A DNA stretch of 64,000 nucleotides from Candidatus Altimarinota bacterium (GCA_963677745.1 OY782391.1:160001-224000); one strand, 5' to 3'. Positions 19,238 through 28,439 are shown, counted from the stretch's first letter. Numbers and translations are program-made. Notes: generated by a model not told the origin, from the sequence alone.

Positions 19238-20064
19238 CCCAAGATTTGCTGATCAGTATTATGATGTTTGTCCTCGGCTGCCTCTTTGGCAGTTTTCTGA
19301 GCGTACTGGTACACCGGACGCTTCACCGGCAGTCCGGAATTATTTTCGGAAAATCCCGTTGCCCGAAATGCAAACACCCCCTGCGCCCCCGGGAGCTGAT
19401 ACCGGTTCTCAGCTGGCTGTTCCAGAGAGGTCGTTGTTCTTATTGTCACAAACCGATTTCCGCCATCTACCCGGCCCTGGAACTGGTCACCGGACTGCTT
19501 TTCCTGACCAATTACAACATGGTACTGGCCAACCCCGCTTTTACCTATTTTGCCAACTTTAGCTTTGACTGGATTTTCGTCGTAAAAATAATCTATCTGG
19601 GACTGATAGTGCTCAATCTGACCGCCATCTTTTTCAGCGACCTCCAGAAAAAAGCCATCCCCAACCTTTTTTTGTACAGCTGGGTAATACTGACCGCCTT
19701 CAGCTTCCTTTTAAGCGGCGCCCAACCTTTCGACAACCTGCTTGACCGTCTGACAGCATTAGGAATCGCCTTATTGATCTTTGGAGGCCAATATCTGATT
19801 TCCAAAGGAAAATGGCTTGGCTCCGGTGACATTTTTGTGGCTGCCGGCATGGGTCTTTTATTGGGACTGAACAGTTTTCTGGTCGCCGTCGCCTTTACCT
19901 ATATTCTCGGCAGCGTGATTTCTCTTGGTCTGCTGTTACTGAAAAAAGTGAAATTCAGCCAGAGCGTTCCTTTTGCCCCCTTTTTAATTTTGGGAACTCT
20001 GATCGCCCTCTATCACGGACAGGAAATCATCGACTGGTATTGGCATTTATTTTTAATCATTTGA
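19234..20064 (+). CDS. pilD: Prepilin peptidase (A24)
   Basis: GSFLSV, SRCPKC, IPVLSWL..RGRCSYC, SDLQ..IP, LGSGD, VPFAPFL. Confidence 0.93.
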   Translation: MTQDLLISIMMFVLGCLFGSFLSVLVHRTLHRQSGIIFGKSRCPKCKHPLRPRELIPVLSWLFQRGRCSYCHKPISAIYPALELVTGLLFLTNYNMVLANPAFTYFANFSFDWIFVVKIIYLGLIVLNLTAIFFSDLQKKAIPNLFLYSWVILTAFSFLLSGAQPFDNLLDRLTALGIALLIFGGQYLISKGKWLGSGDIFVAAGMGLLLGLNSFLVAVAFTYILGSVISLGLLLLKKVKFSQSVPFAPFLILGTLIALYHGQEIIDWYWHLFLII

Positions 20065-20069
20065 AATAA

Positions 20070-21152
20070 ATGAAAACCGTTATTCTTGCAGGAGGCACCG
20101 GTAGCAGACTCTGGCCGATGAGCCGCCAGAAAAAACCCAAACAGTTTCAGGCCCTGGTGGACAGACACAGCATGCTTCTCCACACCATTAAACGACTTTC
20201 CTTTCAAAAACCCTCCGACATTTATATAGCCACCAACAGTGAATACCAGGATTTGGTCGAGGAACAGACCGCCGGTCTGATACCCCGGGAAAATATCATT
20301 ATCGAACCCGCACTCCGGGACACCGCCCCCTGCATCGGTTTGATTGCCATTACCCTGGCCCGTAAATTTCCCGATGAAGTGATGGCGCTGATTTCCGCCG
20401 ACCACCTGATACAGGACACCAAAGAACTTCAGAAAAAGCTGAAAATAGCCGCCGAGCTGGCCTCCCGGGAAAATACGGTCAATCTGATCGAAGTAAAAGC
20501 CCTCTATCCCAACGTCAATCTCGGCTACGTGAAAATCGGCAGACAAATCAAACAGATCGGGAACGTGGCTGTACATAAGTTTGAGCGTTTTGTGGAAAAA
20601 CCCGACCTGCCGACCGCCAAAAAATTTCTGCGGTCCCAGAGTTATCTGTGGAACACCGGTTTGGCTGTCTGGAAAATCTCCACCCTACTCAAAAAATTCC
20701 GGGAGTTCCAGCCTGACACCTACTCCATTCTGCAAAAAATCGGCAAAACCATCGGCAAACCGTCGTACCGGCAAACCCTGATCAACCTCTATCCGCTCTG
20801 CCAAAAAATTTCCATCGATTATGCGATCATGGAAAAACTCCGGCCTGAGGAAGTCCGTATTATCCCCGCCGATCTTGGCTGGAATGACATCGGCACCTGG
20901 GAAACCATCTGGAATGAACTGCACGATGAAGAAAAGAACAACGGCAATGTCATCAAAGGCAACGTACTGCCTCTGGATACTGAAAACTCGTTAATCTATG
21001 CCGATAACAAAAAATTAATTGCCACAATCGGCCTGAAAAATTTAATCATCGTCGACACCCCCGATGCACTGCTGGTATGTCACAAAGATCAAAGCCATCA
21101 AATCAAACAAATTGTTGCCGCCCTCAAAGAATCCTTCCCCGAAGTACTATAA
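20070..21152 (+). CDS. manC: Mannose-1-phosphate guanylyltransferase
   Basis: ILAGGTGSRLWPMSR..PKQF, EPALRDTAP, FVEKPD, SIDYAIME, GWNDIGTW, VDTPDALLV. Confidence 0.93.
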   Translation: MKTVILAGGTGSRLWPMSRQKKPKQFQALVDRHSMLLHTIKRLSFQKPSDIYIATNSEYQDLVEEQTAGLIPRENIIIEPALRDTAPCIGLIAITLARKFPDEVMALISADHLIQDTKELQKKLKIAAELASRENTVNLIEVKALYPNVNLGYVKIGRQIKQIGNVAVHKFERFVEKPDLPTAKKFLRSQSYLWNTGLAVWKISTLLKKFREFQPDTYSILQKIGKTIGKPSYRQTLINLYPLCQKISIDYAIMEKLRPEEVRIIPADLGWNDIGTWETIWNELHDEEKNNGNVIKGNVLPLDTENSLIYADNKKLIATIGLKNLIIVDTPDALLVCHKDQSHQIKQIVAALKESFPEVL

Positions 21153-21198
21153 CTCCAACCCACTGAGATTAATTTGCAAGAGATTCTTTCAATTAATG

Positions 21199-21227
21199 AT
21201 GACAAATTACAAGTCTATACCTATACT
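21199..21227 (+). promoter_or_regulatory. Putative promoter for secDF
   Basis: ATGACA-17-TATACT. Confidence 0.5.
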
Positions 21228-21301
21228 AGGCAGCGCATGAAAAGCTTGGCAACAGGCAATTCTTAAACTAACCCATCACTCACCATTAACTTTCTTTGTA
21301 T

Positions 21302-24300
21302 ATGAGAAATAACCGCTTTCTGCAGTCAGTCATTATTATAGTGGTTGCCCTGCTTCTGGGATTTTATAACATGCCCGGAGAAACACAAAAAACGATCTTT
21401 CCCTTCCTTCCCCAGGAATTTTATGCACAGAAAATCAATCTGGGTCTGGACTTACAGGGCGGATCACAGCTGGACTACAAAGTGGATCTCAGCAAAGTAC
21501 CTGAAAAAGACCATTCCAGCATTGTTGAAGGCATTATTAATGTTATTCAGAAAAGAGTTAACGGCCTGGGTGTAGCCGAACCGAATATTTACGCATCACA
21601 ATTTGGCGATGAAAGTCATATCATCGTTGAGTTGGCCGGCATAAAAGATTTGGACAAAGCCAAAGAAACCGTCGGCAAAACCATTCAGCTGGAATTCAAG
21701 GAGAGAAGAGATGCCCCCGATCCGGCCTACGCCGCCAAAGTGAAAGAACAGGCCGAAAAGGCCCTCCAGTCGGTAAAAGGACAGGATTTTAAAATTTTTG
21801 GTGAAGCCGAAGCCCAGTCCAATCCCGGAAAAGTAACCTATACCGAAAGTTCCGAGTGGCAATTCCAGGATCAATTGACCGGAGATCTTGGCACTGAAAC
21901 TTTCAAACTGCAGGCCGGACAAGTTTCCGACAAACTGATCGAAACCTCCAATGAATACACTCTTGATAAAGACGGTCAGATCGTCCAAAGCTCCGGTTTA
22001 AGCATTGTGAAAGTTCTGGAAAGACAGACTGCGGACAAACAAATCAACGAGCCTAAAAAGGTCAAGACCGCCCACATTCTGATCAGTTACAAAGACGCGT
22101 CGGGAGCCCCAGCTACCGTTACGCGCAATCAAGAGGAAGCACTCAAACGTGCTCAGGAAGTTTTGGCAAAAATCACTGAAAACAAACCCGATAACAGTTT
22201 TGAGAAACTCGCCAAGGAGTACTCTGACGACGCCAGCAATAAAGACAAGGGCGGCGTGATCGACGATTACATTTATGACAAGGCCGGCTACGTTCAAGAA
22301 TACAAAGACGCCAGTCTGGCCATGACCAAAGCCGGGGAAATCAGTGCAATTACCAAATCCCCTTTTGGTTTCCACATCATCAAGGCCCTGGAAATCAAAG
22401 ATCCGGTCAACAAAACCGAAAAACAGGACCAGGTTAAAATTGCCAGAATCTTCTACAACAGCACCGATGACATGTGGCAGGCCACCGACCTCAACGGTCA
22501 ATATTTCCAGAGAGCTGATATCGACTTCGACCAGCTCTTCCAGCCCCACGTGGTAATCACCTTCAACCCTGAAGGCGCCAAGATGTTTGAAGAGATCACC
22601 GGCCGCAACGTCAACAAACCTTTGGCCATTTTCGTGGGAGGCAACCTGATTTCCGCCCCCAACGTCAATGAAAAAATTGCCGGAGGAAACGCCATCATCA
22701 GCGGCCGCTTCACAGTCAAACAGGCCGAGGAACTGGCCCGCGATCTCAACACCGGAGCCATTCCCGCACCGATCGTTCTGGTAGGACAAAATAATATTGG
22801 AGCATCATTGGGACAGGACGCGCTTAACAAGAGTCTCCAGGCCGGAATAATCGGTCTGCTGCTGATCGCGCTATTCATGATCATCCTCTATCACTGGGCC
22901 GGCTTACTGGCCACCGTGGCACTCTGTTTCTATACTGTCACACTGCTCTTCCTGATCAAATCCGCCCTGCCTCTTTATGTGTCTCTGGGCATCTCCATTA
23001 TCGTCTTTGGCTACTTGGTTTACCGGGTACTGAACAGTAAAGAGTCAGGCCCTGAAAAACTGATCGCGCTGATCCTGTCCTGTTTTGTTCTGTTCTTCCT
23101 GTCCTTTCTGCTCTCGACCGCTGTGGTACTGACACTTGCCGGTATTGCCGGTGTAGTTTTGTCCATAGGTATGGCCGTAGATGCCAACATCCTGATTTTC
23201 GAAAGAGTTAAAGAAGAACTTCGTGACGGCCGCCCCATCGAATCGGCAGTTACGGTAGGTTTCGACCGCGCCTGGAGCTCCATTAAAGACTCCAACTTTT
23301 CCTCTCTGATCACCTGCGCCATCCTCTTCTATTTCGGCAGTTCCATCATCCAGGGTTTTGCCTTCAATCTGGCCGCCGGTATTCTGATCTCCATGTTCAG
23401 CGCCATCTCCATCACCAGAGTCCTGTTGGGTGGAGTACTCAATACAAAGTTGGCCCACAGCAAATATTTCTTTGGCATTCCTAAGAAACCAAGCGTGAAA
23501 TTAATGCCAATTATTGGAAAAAGAAAAGTTTTCTACAGCATTTCCATAATCACCATCATTCTTTCACTGGCCGCCCTGATGATTTTCGGCATGAATCCCA
23601 GTCTTGATTTCACCGGTGGCAGTATCATGGAATTAAAATTCGACAAAGCGATCTCCAGCGAAGAATTAAAAACGTCATTATATGAGATCCAGGACAAGAT
23701 CAACAAAGAAACGTCCGCCCTTCCCGCAGCCGCAATAACTCCCACCAGTCCCGCTGCCGCCGCATCGCTGCCGGTTGCCTCGACAGCCGTGACTACCACC
23801 AATCCTGACACAACCACTGCTGTAAAAGCAGTAGCCGCCAAACTGGATATGGGAACCATTCACGTCGTCACCCTTGGCGACATGCTCTCTATAAAATCCA
23901 GAGACTTCTCTGCCGAAGCTCACGATCTTATCCTCAAGGAATTAAAAGCTAAATACGGAAATGTTGAAGAAAAACGGTTCCAGTCAGTTGGTCCGACCAT
24001 CGGCGACTCACTCAGAAACAAAGCCCTAATCGCAGTTCTGTTGGCTTCACTTGCCATCATCTGTTACATCGCCTTTGCTTTCCGCCGCGTCCCCTCCTCT
24101 GTCGGTAAATGGAAATTCGGCATTTCCGCCATCCTGGCCCTGATTCACGATATAATCGTTCTGATTGGTGTCTATATTCTTCTGGGATTTGCCATGGGAC
24201 TGGAAATTGATGCGTTGTTTATTACGGCAGTCCTTACCATTATGGGTTTCTCTGTGCATGACACCATCGTAGTGCTGGACAGATTGCGTGAAAAATTAAA

Positions 24301-24553
24301 AGCCCCGGCCAAAGACAAGACTTTTGCCGATATCAGTAATGAAGCGGTCAATGAGACCTTTGCCCGTTCCGTAAACACCTCGTTGACGGTTGCACTTGCC
24401 CTGTTCTCCCTGGTGGTATTCGGAGCCGAAAATATCAAAGGATTCTGTCTGGCCCTGCTGATCGGTGTAATAGTCGGTACCTACTCTTCCATTTTCGTAG
24501 CCACGCCCATCCTGGTTGACTGGTACAATGCAGTACACCGGAAAAAAGAATAA
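21302..24553 (+). CDS. secDF: Fused protein translocase SecDF with inserted parvulin-type PPIase domains
   Basis: LGLDLQGG, RVNGLGVAEP, IGMAVDANILIFERVKEE (SecD); LDFTGG, VGPTIG, GFSVHDTIVVLDRLRE, GTYSSIFVA (SecF); AHILISY..FEKLAKEYSDD..SPFGFHII (parvulin). Confidence 0.95.
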   Translation: MRNNRFLQSVIIIVVALLLGFYNMPGETQKTIFPFLPQEFYAQKINLGLDLQGGSQLDYKVDLSKVPEKDHSSIVEGIINVIQKRVNGLGVAEPNIYASQFGDESHIIVELAGIKDLDKAKETVGKTIQLEFKERRDAPDPAYAAKVKEQAEKALQSVKGQDFKIFGEAEAQSNPGKVTYTESSEWQFQDQLTGDLGTETFKLQAGQVSDKLIETSNEYTLDKDGQIVQSSGLSIVKVLERQTADKQINEPKKVKTAHILISYKDASGAPATVTRNQEEALKRAQEVLAKITENKPDNSFEKLAKEYSDDASNKDKGGVIDDYIYDKAGYVQEYKDASLAMTKAGEISAITKSPFGFHIIKALEIKDPVNKTEKQDQVKIARIFYNSTDDMWQATDLNGQYFQRADIDFDQLFQPHVVITFNPEGAKMFEEITGRNVNKPLAIFVGGNLISAPNVNEKIAGGNAIISGRFTVKQAEELARDLNTGAIPAPIVLVGQNNIGASLGQDALNKSLQAGIIGLLLIALFMIILYHWAGLLATVALCFYTVTLLFLIKSALPLYVSLGISIIVFGYLVYRVLNSKESGPEKLIALILSCFVLFFLSFLLSTAVVLTLAGIAGVVLSIGMAVDANILIFERVKEELRDGRPIESAVTVGFDRAWSSIKDSNFSSLITCAILFYFGSSIIQGFAFNLAAGILISMFSAISITRVLLGGVLNTKLAHSKYFFGIPKKPSVKLMPIIGKRKVFYSISIITIILSLAALMIFGMNPSLDFTGGSIMELKFDKAISSEELKTSLYEIQDKINKETSALPAAAITPTSPAAAASLPVASTAVTTTNPDTTTAVKAVAAKLDMGTIHVVTLGDMLSIKSRDFSAEAHDLILKELKAKYGNVEEKRFQSVGPTIGDSLRNKALIAVLLASLAIICYIAFAFRRVPSSVGKWKFGISAILALIHDIIVLIGVYILLGFAMGLEIDALFITAVLTIMGFSVHDTIVVLDRLREKLKAPAKDKTFADISNEAVNETFARSVNTSLTVALALFSLVVFGAENIKGFCLALLIGVIVGTYSSIFVATPILVDWYNAVHRKKE

Positions 24554-24574
24554 TTTAACATTCGATCAATTAGG

Positions 24575-24604
24575 AGAAGGCCCCGCTGCGCGGGGCCTTC
24601 TTTT
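24575..24604 (+). terminator. Intrinsic terminator after secDF (core identical to 58796-58824)
   Basis: AGAAGGCCCCGC-tgc-GCGGGGCCTTCT followed by TTT. Confidence 0.85.
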
Positions 24605-24634
24605 GTTATTTTCCCCTTCCTCCGAAAATTGCTA

Positions 24635-24663
24635 ATGACAATTGATCAATTTTCGCCTAATAT
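24635..24663 (+). promoter_or_regulatory. Putative promoter for tRNA-Arg
   Basis: ATGACA-17-TAATAT, 13 nt before the tRNA. Confidence 0.55.
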
Positions 24664-24676
24664 CCCAATGTTTCAG

Positions 24677-24754
24677 GCGCCAGTAGCTCAGCTGGATTAG
24701 AGCGTCGGTCTTCGGAACCGAAGGTCGGGGGTTCGAGCCCCTCCTGGCGCACCA
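24677..24754 (+). tRNA. tRNA-Arg(TCG)
   Basis: Acceptor GCGCCAG/CTGGCGC, D arm TAGCTCAGCTGGATTAGAGC, anticodon stem TCGGT/ACCGA with loop CT-TCG-GA, T arm GGGGGTTCGAGCCCCT, encoded ACCA. Confidence 0.96.
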
Positions 24755-24814
24755 TATTGATATAGAACGGCTGTCCTTGCTCCGTTCAACATTTAAAAAC
24801 ATGCTGTTTTCACC

Positions 24815-25930
24815 ATGTCAAAAATTATTTCCCCCAATTCGGTCCGGCAACTGGAAAATTTGACCGGAACAAAAATACCCGATAAAAACAAATCCGGCCT
24901 GCAACGGATAATGAAAGATATGCCCGTCCGACTTACCGGACAGTTGGCCGGACTTTGCCGTCACTCGCCCGCGCTGGCCCGCCAATTTTTACCCGACATC
25001 GGTGAACTTTCCGGACAGGGAATAAAACAAACCTGGGTGGGAATTCTTGATACCGGTATTCCCGGGCTGGAAAGAATGTATCTGGACCGCTGCATAATTC
25101 TGCCCTACAACCAATGCCCGGCCTACTGCCGTTTCTGTTTCAGAAAATTCCATGCCCACCGGTCCCGACCGCCTCTCAGTCACGAGGAAATTAATCGTGC
25201 TCTCGATTACATCCAAAAAGATCCCCGGATACAAAGCGTGCTGGTTACCGGCGGAGACCCTCTGATGGATTTACCAAGACTGGAATATGTCCTCAGGGGA
25301 CTGCGAAAAATAGAGCATTTGCAGGATATCCGGATCGGAACGCGTTCAATCCTTTATCAACCGGAAAAATTCAATAATTCTCTGATCAAATTATTGCTTC
25401 GCTTTCACCATCCCGAAACAGACCGCCCCCTGGAAATAGCCACTCATTTCAACCACCCCGACGAACTGACTCCACCGGCCAAAAAAGCGATTCTGAAACT
25501 GAATAAAGCCAACATCCGCCTCTACAACCAGACTGTTTTACTTAAAGGTATTAACGATCAGGCGGAAATCCTGCAAAGCCTCTTTAGAAAACTTCATCTG
25601 CTGGGTGTAGAAAATTATTATCTTTTCCACTGCGAACCGGTACGCGGTATCGGGCATCTGCGCACCACCATTCAAAAAGGAATTAATATCAAAAAAACAC
25701 TTCGGGAAAAATCCAGCGGGAGAATCAATCCCCATTACATGATCTGTACCAGGATTGGCAAAGTGGAAATCGGTGTGGACGGCTATATCGAAAAAAAAGA
25801 GGGTCGATCCGTCTGGATCAAGACCCCCTATAATATTTCCACTTTTCGTTCCGTTCAAGCCGGCTTCCGGTTGCCCGCCGGTATCTGCAAAACAGACAAC
25901 AGAGGCTACATTTCTACCAAGTATTTATAA
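24815..25930 (+). CDS. KamA-family radical SAM 2,3-aminomutase-like protein
   Basis: CPAYCRFCFRK, VLVTGGDPL, IRIGTR, THFNHPDEL, NQTVLLKGIND. Confidence 0.9.
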   Translation: MSKIISPNSVRQLENLTGTKIPDKNKSGLQRIMKDMPVRLTGQLAGLCRHSPALARQFLPDIGELSGQGIKQTWVGILDTGIPGLERMYLDRCIILPYNQCPAYCRFCFRKFHAHRSRPPLSHEEINRALDYIQKDPRIQSVLVTGGDPLMDLPRLEYVLRGLRKIEHLQDIRIGTRSILYQPEKFNNSLIKLLLRFHHPETDRPLEIATHFNHPDELTPPAKKAILKLNKANIRLYNQTVLLKGINDQAEILQSLFRKLHLLGVENYYLFHCEPVRGIGHLRTTIQKGINIKKTLREKSSGRINPHYMICTRIGKVEIGVDGYIEKKEGRSVWIKTPYNISTFRSVQAGFRLPAGICKTDNRGYISTKYL

Positions 25931-26494
25931 GAGCGTCTCAACCGAATCATCAACCGGCTGGGTTGTTGTGTCCGGGGTAGTGGTAGTGGTATCAGTGGTA
26001 GTAGTGCCGGGAGTGGTTGTCGTGGTTGTTGTAGTCGTAGCAGGCGTCGTAACGGCAGGAGTGGTTTCGGCTGCAGCCGGTCTCAACCGGTTATCTGCTG
26101 CGGTCTTGGTTTCAACAGTTGTGAAGAAATTCACAAAATACTTTGGATATTGGTCATAACACATAATTGTATAGGCAACCTCGTATTTATCCAGGGATTT
26201 CCCATCGTCCATTTTATTAACAAGATGTTCGCAATGGTTTTCCGTAATTTGTTTCAGTTCTTCGGGAATCACAATGGTCTCCTTAACATCTGCTGTTTTT
26301 GTCACCTTATGATTTCTAATGAAACGCCAATCCGGAGTTGCTGTCCCGTCTGTCGCATTAGCCACCACATCAATATTTAAAAGGAAAGCAGCCAGGTTCT
26401 TCTGTAAGTCGGTATTGGTATTTACCAGCCAGAATCCCATCCCGACCAGCATTACCGGAACCAGTACCAGAGCAATTTTTCTTTTATTCAACAT
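25925..26494 (-). CDS. Hypothetical exported/membrane-anchored protein with Thr/Pro-rich tail
   Basis: KRK followed by hydrophobic helix, two Cys, TTPAVTTPATTTTTTTTTPG tail; stop codon shares TTATAA with the convergent kamA-like stop. Confidence 0.8.
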   Translation of the reverse strand: MLNKRKIALVLVPVMLVGMGFWLVNTNTDLQKNLAAFLLNIDVVANATDGTATPDWRFIRNHKVTKTADVKETIVIPEELKQITENHCEHLVNKMDDGKSLDKYEVAYTIMCYDQYPKYFVNFFTTVETKTAADNRLRPAAAETTPAVTTPATTTTTTTTTPGTTTTDTTTTTPDTTTQPVDDSVETLL

Positions 26495-26603
26495 ATTTTT
26501 GTTTTGTTATGTTTTCTGATGATTATAGCACAAATTCAGCCTTTTAAAAAGACCTTTACAGCGCAATAAACCTAATTCATCCCGAACAGACCCGACTGAG
26601 CTT

Positions 26604-27065
26604 TTAGCGCTTCACAACAACCAGTGTCTTGGTTAATTTGTCGTGAAGTCCCTGCCTCTTTTTGTTCAATAAAACCGGTAAAAAGCCCAATCCCAGAGGC
26701 AGCCAGCAAAGATAAAAACCGAACAGACGCAAAACAGCCGTCACCCATCCGAGCCTGGCGCCGTTATAGTCAACAATGCTGATCTTTAAAAGCATCATTC
26801 CCAATGTTCTGGAAAACAGCCCCCACATCACCACAAAATACACTGGTAACACAGCTACCAGCCATACTCCATCAAAAGTACCTAAAAAATAGAATGCTTC
26901 CTGCCAATTCCCGCCGGCCAGCAGAGTCATAACCCTGCCTGATCCCGGCACAATCAACAGTACCAGCGTCAAAATTAAAATTTTATCAACAGCCAATGCT
27001 GCCAACCTCAAATACCAGGCCGCATATTTGAAATTATTGGTAGTTATTCTGATTCCTTCGGTCAT
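26604..27065 (-). CDS. RDD family membrane protein
   Basis: YAAWYLRLAALAVD, RTLGMMLLKISIVD, KRQGLHDKLTKTLVV. Confidence 0.92.
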   Translation of the reverse strand: MTEGIRITTNNFKYAAWYLRLAALAVDKILILTLVLLIVPGSGRVMTLLAGGNWQEAFYFLGTFDGVWLVAVLPVYFVVMWGLFSRTLGMMLLKISIVDYNGARLGWVTAVLRLFGFYLCWLPLGLGFLPVLLNKKRQGLHDKLTKTLVVVKR

Positions 27066-27165
27066 ATATTAATTTTTAATATTACTAGAACAAACTATCA
27101 AAAATATCGGCAATTGTCATCATCTGTCCGCCGGTGTATATTCTGAACATCTAATTTTCCAACTT

Positions 27166-27471
27166 ATGGCAGGAGAATATATCCAAGCCGACACAATCAA
27201 GGATTACTGGAAACAACTCAAATCCTATTATCTGGCCGGCAGCTCATTGTACCAGGAGATCGACCAACAGACCTATGATTTGCTGGAAAGGGGCGAACGC
27301 GAAGACAGTGACAACCACCTCAATTTTGAAAGACTGGGCTCAGACACGAAGGTCGTAGACGTGGCTTTTTACAAATATCTTCCGGACAGTAAAATCGCCT
27401 ATCGCATCCATATAGTCGATGAATCCGGCGCACAGGAAGATCATTTCTTCATAATCAACAGTTTCAGCTAG
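27166..27471 (+). CDS. Hypothetical protein
   Basis: 101-aa ATG ORF filling a gap, plausible composition. Confidence 0.65.
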   Translation: MAGEYIQADTIKDYWKQLKSYYLAGSSLYQEIDQQTYDLLERGEREDSDNHLNFERLGSDTKVVDVAFYKYLPDSKIAYRIHIVDESGAQEDHFFIINSFS

Positions 27472-27929
27472 GACTGATCCCGTGAACTACTGGAAGATCC
27501 CTTTCCGTTTCCGCCAAAAATACTTTGTTCCAGAAATTTGGCCAGTTCTTCGTTGGTCATTTTTTCTATAACTTTTTTCTCGGCAAAATACAGGCTCAGC
27601 AGATCCAGAGCCTCTCTCCATAACCCGTCATATTGGGAGGCAGTAACCCCCAGCATCGGACGAATCAATTGGCCACGGCCTTCGGAGATCAGTTTAAGAA
27701 AGAAAGCCTTATTGCGTCTCAGACAGATCAGTAAAGCCTTCCGTTCCAGCATTAAATAGTCAAAAAGCAGTTTTTTTTGCCAGTCCGCTTCAAAATTATA
27801 CTTTTCGGCCAGTTTTTCAAAACCATTATTCAGATAAAACTCCAGCAAACAGTCCCCCTGTGCCGTAAGGAACATTTTCATTTCGATGGACAAGGCCTGT
27901 TTTTCGCTAAGATAAGAATAACGATTCAC
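27468..27929 (-). CDS. Hypothetical protein
   Basis: 153-aa ORF preceded by near-consensus promoter. Confidence 0.7.
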   Translation of the reverse strand: MNRYSYLSEKQALSIEMKMFLTAQGDCLLEFYLNNGFEKLAEKYNFEADWQKKLLFDYLMLERKALLICLRRNKAFFLKLISEGRGQLIRPMLGVTASQYDGLWREALDLLSLYFAEKKVIEKMTNEELAKFLEQSIFGGNGKGSSSSSRDQS

Positions 27930-27952
27930 TTTGCGGATTTATTAAAGAGGTG

Positions 27953-27981
27953 ATTCTACTCACTTCTACTCATTCTGTCAA
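27953..27981 (-). promoter_or_regulatory. Near-consensus sigma70 promoter with tandem direct repeat in spacer
   Basis: TTGACA-17-TAGAAT on minus strand; TTCTACTCA twice (27954-27962, 27964-27972). Confidence 0.7.
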
Positions 27982-28034
27982 TGCTAATCCTAAAAGGATG
28001 ACTGTACCAACTATAAAAATGCTAAAATAGCCGC

Positions 28035-28439
28035 ATGAAAAATACCTGTAAACATGACTCTCCCGCTCCTGACAAAAAAGCTCCGAAAAGGGAGTCGTTG
28101 TTATCATTTTTCCAATGCTGTATGACCGATACGCCCGCTCCGCTCCCTGAAAAACTGCTGAAACTACGGGAATCTCTGCAACAGCCCCAAATCGCTGAAA
28201 GTATTTACCGTCCGGGACAACCTTTCGTCATCAGCGAAGAGATGATAGTGGGCGACTTGCTCTTCAATTTCCCGCAACTGCACGAATATTTTCAGGAAAA
28301 ACATCCACTGGGACTGCTCTCCCCCGTTCTCGACCGGACTTCCCTGGAAATGTATTTCGCCGACCTGCCTGTGAAAATCGATGACATCTGTAGAGATTTA
28401 TCTGATTTAATTAACTTCAATAACCAGAACAATGCCTGA
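28035..28439 (+). CDS. DUF1858-like domain protein (start may be ATG 28122)
   Basis: ISEEMIVGDLLFNFPQLHEYF....TSLE......IDDICRDL pattern resembles DUF1858 but lacks CxxC. Confidence 0.55.
   Translation: MKNTCKHDSPAPDKKAPKRESLLSFFQCCMTDTPAPLPEKLLKLRESLQQPQIAESIYRPGQPFVISEEMIVGDLLFNFPQLHEYFQEKHPLGLLSPVLDRTSLEMYFADLPVKIDDICRDLSDLINFNNQNNA

Noticed and set aside
24755-27929. Genomic island integrated at tRNA-Arg
   Set aside because: No integrase, and I did not find a duplicated tRNA 3' end downstream by eye
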